A program made the translations under genes and the position numbers. The notes below the pieces were generated by a model. It made no database searches, was not told the DNA's origin, and saw only the letters and a list, made by a program, of their open reading frames with translations. DNA of 62,317 nucleotides, counting the filler, from Globobulimina sp. (Eukaryota), in NCBI GenBank assembly GCA_003354225.1. It is 13 parts of 13 records of this genome, joined end to end, with 100 filler letters (N's around TTAATTAATTAA, not from the genome) between each part and the next. Parts side by side here need not be neighbours in the genome. Positions count along the whole stretch, not along the records: positions 57,623 to 62,317 come from PIVH01000994.1; 12 more parts are not named here. One strand, written 5' to 3'. This document shows, one piece after another, positions 57,862 to 62,317 of the stretch. Position 1 is the stretch's first letter. Each line of letters starts with the position of its first letter.

Positions 57862-60259
57862 GTGTATCTTGCATTTGATTGGAAATATACAAGTACTACA
57901 TATAACACCCTAAGATCAACAATTGTAATTTATAAAGATCCATTTAAAGCATTATCTAAACGAAAAAGTAAAAATAAAATTAAATCTGGAAAATATTCGT
58001 CTTTATCCAATCTTGAAACTGAATTTGATGCAAATATAAATGCATCAAACGAAGAGGACGATGATGGTGACGATGTCAATATTGATCATAGCAAACATAG
58101 TAACATATTCTCTCGATCCCGTACCACCAAACTATCCATGCCCACACATTCAAAATCATCAAAGAAAAGCCATGAAAAATCCAAAAGTAAATCCCATCGA
58201 AGTATGAAATCTTTAACCAAATCCTTTTCCAGACGGTCACAAAGAGAAAATATCAGTAAATCATCCAAATCATTTTCCGTCAAAACATTTTATCGAAACA
58301 GAAGGTCTCGAAACAGAATAAATAGAAACATTCCCCATCACAATAACAATAATACCAATCAATATTCTGTTAATTCAAACATATCCATAATTAAAGCAGC
58401 TCAAATATCAAAATCGCACTCATCGCACATTGACAGATCACTAAGATCTGGCCCTGCGAACTGGAGATGTGACCGCTGTCATTATTTCCCAAATACTGCA
58501 TTTGATCCAAATTGCGCCAAATGTGGTGCTATTAAAGACGATGTTTGTTAATTACATGAAAATTAATTTGCTTTTTAATGTTAAACCGTTGCATACAACA
58601 TACAACATTCAGGTCGTAGTATTACAGAATAAATCACAAAAACGAGCATTTTCCGCGACTGGCACAGCATCGTCCAGTCCAATATTAGCACCCGGCAGCT
58701 TAGCAGCACATTCCTCGCAGCAAAATAATATCACCATACAATCCTCAGATGCTTCGACCACCGATGATGACAATAACCATACAAATGACAGTGATAGCAG
58801 TGATTGTGAGAGTGACAGCAGTTCGAATACATCGGTATCAGTGTCAGATGGACAGGCCATTATTGTCGAAGATTATAGATCAAAAACATCAAAATCTGCA
58901 AATAGTTTCAGTCGGAATGCTATTGGACAGTTAATGGACATTGATGATAATATTGACACTAATATTAATATTGGGATGGCATTGCCACAAAAACATAGAA
59001 AATCTGTTTCTGAAAATAGTGATGAGAAATTATTTGATGATGACGATGAAGATGAAGATGACAGCTCCGATGGTATCGATACTGACAGTGATGATATGGT
59101 AGCAACGAATGTTTGCGACACAAATATAATACGAGAGAGGAGAATGTCGCTGTCAATGAATAATATGATACCCACTTTTAATTGGAATAATAACAAAAAA
59201 ACATATTTATCGCCAAAAATGGAAGAATGGAATTCTTTTCAACGGTATTTAGGATTTAAAAGATTTGTTTTATCGATTTTGTATTTTATATTGACTGTGG
59301 AAGAAGCATTCATTTTAATTAATATTAAATGGTGGTTACCTCTGCCATTATTGTTATGCATTATATATTTATTATTGATTGTATATATTGGCAAGTTTAA
59401 TAATATAAAATATAACACTCGCCGGAGAACTTTATGTTTAATTTTGTTTTATTGCATCAACGTATTAATCATTATTGGACCACCTATGAACGTGTTAATT
59501 GCGAGTGCGAATGTTTACGATTTTAATGACATATTACAGCGGAATATGATATATAATAATTTGATGTGGATATTCTTTGCGCTTTCTATCGTTTCTATGG
59601 TGTTTATTGATATTGTTATTGTTCATAATGGCAACAAAACAAATAAAAATGATAAGTATCGGGTTGAGACATTTAAATTAGCAGTGGTTAAGGATGAGGA
59701 ATATGTGTTGAATAATCAATGTTTGTGGTATAATGTTCCCAGGAAAGACTGGGGAACAGTTCATAAAAAAAAACAGCAGATTAATGACAAAAATGTGAAA
59801 AACGAAGGAGTTTCAAAGCAGAAACAGAAAAAAGATACAAAATCTTTTTTTGTACGAATTGGTTTACAGCAACAAGATAAAGATACGAATCCGAGGATTA
59901 TTGTTTGCCAAAATGAAGCCGACGTTGATGAAGAAAGCAGTGATGAATCGAGTACAGAGGAAGATGATATTAATGGGGCCAATGACATTGGAAATACAAA
60001 TATGAAAAATAGATTTGATTTAAGCAGTGTAGACAATGAATTTGATGATGGCCGACGTCGACAATATTCAATCACAAATATAATAAATAATAATCGTGAT
60101 AATAAGATGCGTCGTAGGTGCTGTACAAAACCATTTTCATGTTTACAATGGATATTAATTTCAATGTTCTTTGTTTCATTACAAATATGTGTTGTCTTTG
60201 CTATTTTGGATACAAATGAAATTCAAAAACATGATATCTCTCTTCCTCCTCCAAAATAA
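57862..60259 (+). CDS. Membrane protein with RanBP2-type Zn finger and acidic low-complexity tracts; intron 58543-58612; termini uncertain
   Basis: NWRCDRCHY..NCAKC, an in-frame GT..AG splice, and about 5 TM segments. Confidence 0.6.
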
Positions 60260-60543
60260 TAAGTTTTTATATGTTTTTTTAAAAAGTTTAGTATTGAATT
60301 ATTATTTCTACTTTTTTTTTCTATATTTTTTTTATATTTTGTGTGTTTTGTAATTTCTTGACATTGTTTTGGTTTAATGCAATATTATTCAGTCACATCA
60401 AACTATAGCATTACAATTATAATATCCTCACAAATGGTCGTCCAAACCAATAATTTGTATATGATTTCACTCAGTTTTTAATCGAATGAATAAACCATAA
60501 ACAGTGCTTCCAACCAATTGTATTATTAGAAACAAGAAAAACA

Positions 60544-61038
60544 ATGGCAACTTTGAAAGGCTGTGCATTATTTTTAGTCATTCTACAGATATTTATTTAT
60601 TGTACATTTGGATCAACATGTGTTGATGATCCTACATTAACTGAGCAATTTGAATCAATGGCACCATATACCTCCACATTTGGATGCTGTTCAGCATATA
60701 TAGAACCACATAACACTCAGAATGGTTATGGTAATTATCCATCTGATAGAGAGCAAAGAGGTTGGATTACAAATATTTGTGATGTTAATAATCAATATGT
60801 ATCAACATGGTGGTTTGAGCATGGTCAAGGACACGTAAATCAAGAGTTATATGATCGAGAGTTATATTTTGGTGAGCAATCAAGTCCTTCGGATTATCGA
60901 AATGACTGTGAACCAATGGTCTTAGTTTCTTGTGAAATGGGGAAATCATGTAATGAAGCTGGTGAAAAATGTGGCTCAAATAATGATTGTTGTTCATTAC
61001 GTTGCAATCGACGTAAAAAAAAATGTAGAAATACTTAA
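60544..61038 (+). CDS. Small secreted Cys-rich protein with C-terminal knottin (ICK)-like module
   Basis: Signal peptide; CNEAGEKCGSNNDCCSLRCNRRKKKC (C-C-CC-C-C framework). Confidence 0.75.
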   Translation: MATLKGCALFLVILQIFIYCTFGSTCVDDPTLTEQFESMAPYTSTFGCCSAYIEPHNTQNGYGNYPSDREQRGWITNICDVNNQYVSTWWFEHGQGHVNQELYDRELYFGEQSSPSDYRNDCEPMVLVSCEMGKSCNEAGEKCGSNNDCCSLRCNRRKKKCRNT

Positions 61039-61251
61039 AATTGTATTATTAATCTTTACTTATATCTTTATCTTTATTATCTTTACTTAATTTTAAAACC
61101 TATGGAGAGGTCATCACCATCTCCTAACAAAACGACTTGCGAATTTGCGGATTTTAAATAGTACAGTGTGGCCAAAGGATTTGCGAATTTGCGAATTTTT
61201 TCTAGACAGTGTGGCCAAAGGTTTAATAGTACATATAAACGGGGGAGTGAT

Positions 61252-62040
61252 CTATAAAAACAGTTGAACCAAGTTACTCACAGATAATGTTATGATGTTA
61301 AAACTCTCGTCATTCAATGATAAAATGATCTCATTGTTGGGTTTAAGTGTCCTATCAATTGTTAAAGCATTGATTTCCATAACATAGTCACTGTTATCTT
61401 TTATAACCAAAGGAATTATATCATATTTACAACCATTGAAAAGCGTATCCATTTTATTGTTGCCTATAACGGTTACCCAATTATTTTGCTTTTCATTTCT
61501 AAAATATTGTTGAATAAACAATGTAGCATCATATTTGAAACATAAATTCTGAATTTCTTTCGTTTTGCTTAAATTGAATATTTTATATTTATTCCATATT
61601 TCTGGACATTTTACATAATCTTTGTAATCAAAAGAATCATCGAAATTGTATTTTATCTCCAAATGACTGAACCGAATCAAACGCATATTTTCAATTTTAT
61701 TTGAATAATGATTTTTTAATTTGTCTTTAATTGAATACCAATATTCATCATTCTCCATCAATGTAAAAATTAAAATATTAAATTTCAACGGTTCTATTGG
61801 TGGCTGTATCGGTGGTGGTGACGGTGGGATTACTTGTTGTTGTTTCTCGTAATTTGTCCATTCACATATTTGTAGCAATAGCAAGGGCACAAAAAATGAT
61901 AAGACCACTAATAACGTCCAAAATAGCACATGTGCACATTTTTGTAATTTATCGTTATCTTCCAATACATTTATAAAATATTCCATTGATGGAGCTCCAT
62001 TATTTGCAATATTGTTTTGTAAATGCAGCCTTCTGCTCAT
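61252..62040 (-). CDS. Hypothetical single-TM protein
   Basis: 262-aa ORF with an N-terminal TM and a Pro-rich linker. Confidence 0.5.
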   Translation of the reverse strand: MSRRLHLQNNIANNGAPSMEYFINVLEDNDKLQKCAHVLFWTLLVVLSFFVPLLLLQICEWTNYEKQQQVIPPSPPPIQPPIEPLKFNILIFTLMENDEYWYSIKDKLKNHYSNKIENMRLIRFSHLEIKYNFDDSFDYKDYVKCPEIWNKYKIFNLSKTKEIQNLCFKYDATLFIQQYFRNEKQNNWVTVIGNNKMDTLFNGCKYDIIPLVIKDNSDYVMEINALTIDRTLKPNNEIILSLNDESFNIITLSVSNLVQLFL

Positions 62041-62202
62041 TTAAATCAATGTTTTTGTCGGTTATTCCAATATTTGCAAAAGAAATATACCTCAGATGTT
62101 GGTTATAATTGCGATTGGAATTTGTTTCTGGAGAATTAACAACATGTTGAAGGGGAGATGGCTCATTCAATAATACGCTCTCCACCGCGTTTGTCGGTTT
62201 AT

Positions 62203-62317
62203 TAGACCTTTGGAATTTATCCGGTCGAATTCGCCTTGAGTTCGAGTGCTTGAAACCTATGGTGGAGTGTATATGATCTCTAAAGGGGTTTGTATGCAAA
62301 TATATTTCTCTACATCG
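62203..62317. mobile_element. End of an interspersed repeat / putative DNA transposon (copy 2)
   Basis: First 50 bp identical to 47851-47900, with similarity continuing to 62282. Runs off the contig end. Confidence 0.7.

Overview
This window is not one locus. It is 13 unrelated contigs of about 4.7 kb, sorted by decreasing length (4710 to 4695 bp) and joined by artificial 100-nt spacers (44 N + TTAATTAATTAA + 44 N), so synteny is meaningful only within a contig. Contigs 2 and 4-13 are gene-dense, AT-rich eukaryotic DNA with short GT-AG introns (55-71 nt). The gene families (PPR, SPRY/MATH/ankyrin proteins with an LVxGYxR..IPxDI..LC leader, PT-repeat surface proteins, NRT2) suggest a protist, plausibly a foraminiferan; this is inference. 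Recognisable genes: NRT2, PPR, myosin-PH, RAD18, ankyrin protein, cullin, PKG-like kinase, sulfotransferase, LMF, kinesin, NCKX, a cAMP-receptor-like GPCR, metallophosphoesterase, MMPL, a SPRY protein and a divergent histone H3. Contig 1 looks like a different, metazoan-like genome. Two contig ends carry bacterial-looking sequence fused in frame, probably chimeras. The most striking item is contig 3 (9618-14322). There a DIRS/Ngaro/Crypton-type tyrosine recombinase, a Zn-finger/coiled-coil ORF and a Penelope-like RT + GIY-YIG endonuclease lie tightly packed on one strand. This is a candidate undescribed hybrid retroelement that needs read-level validation. All calls come from reading motifs by eye; no database search was run.
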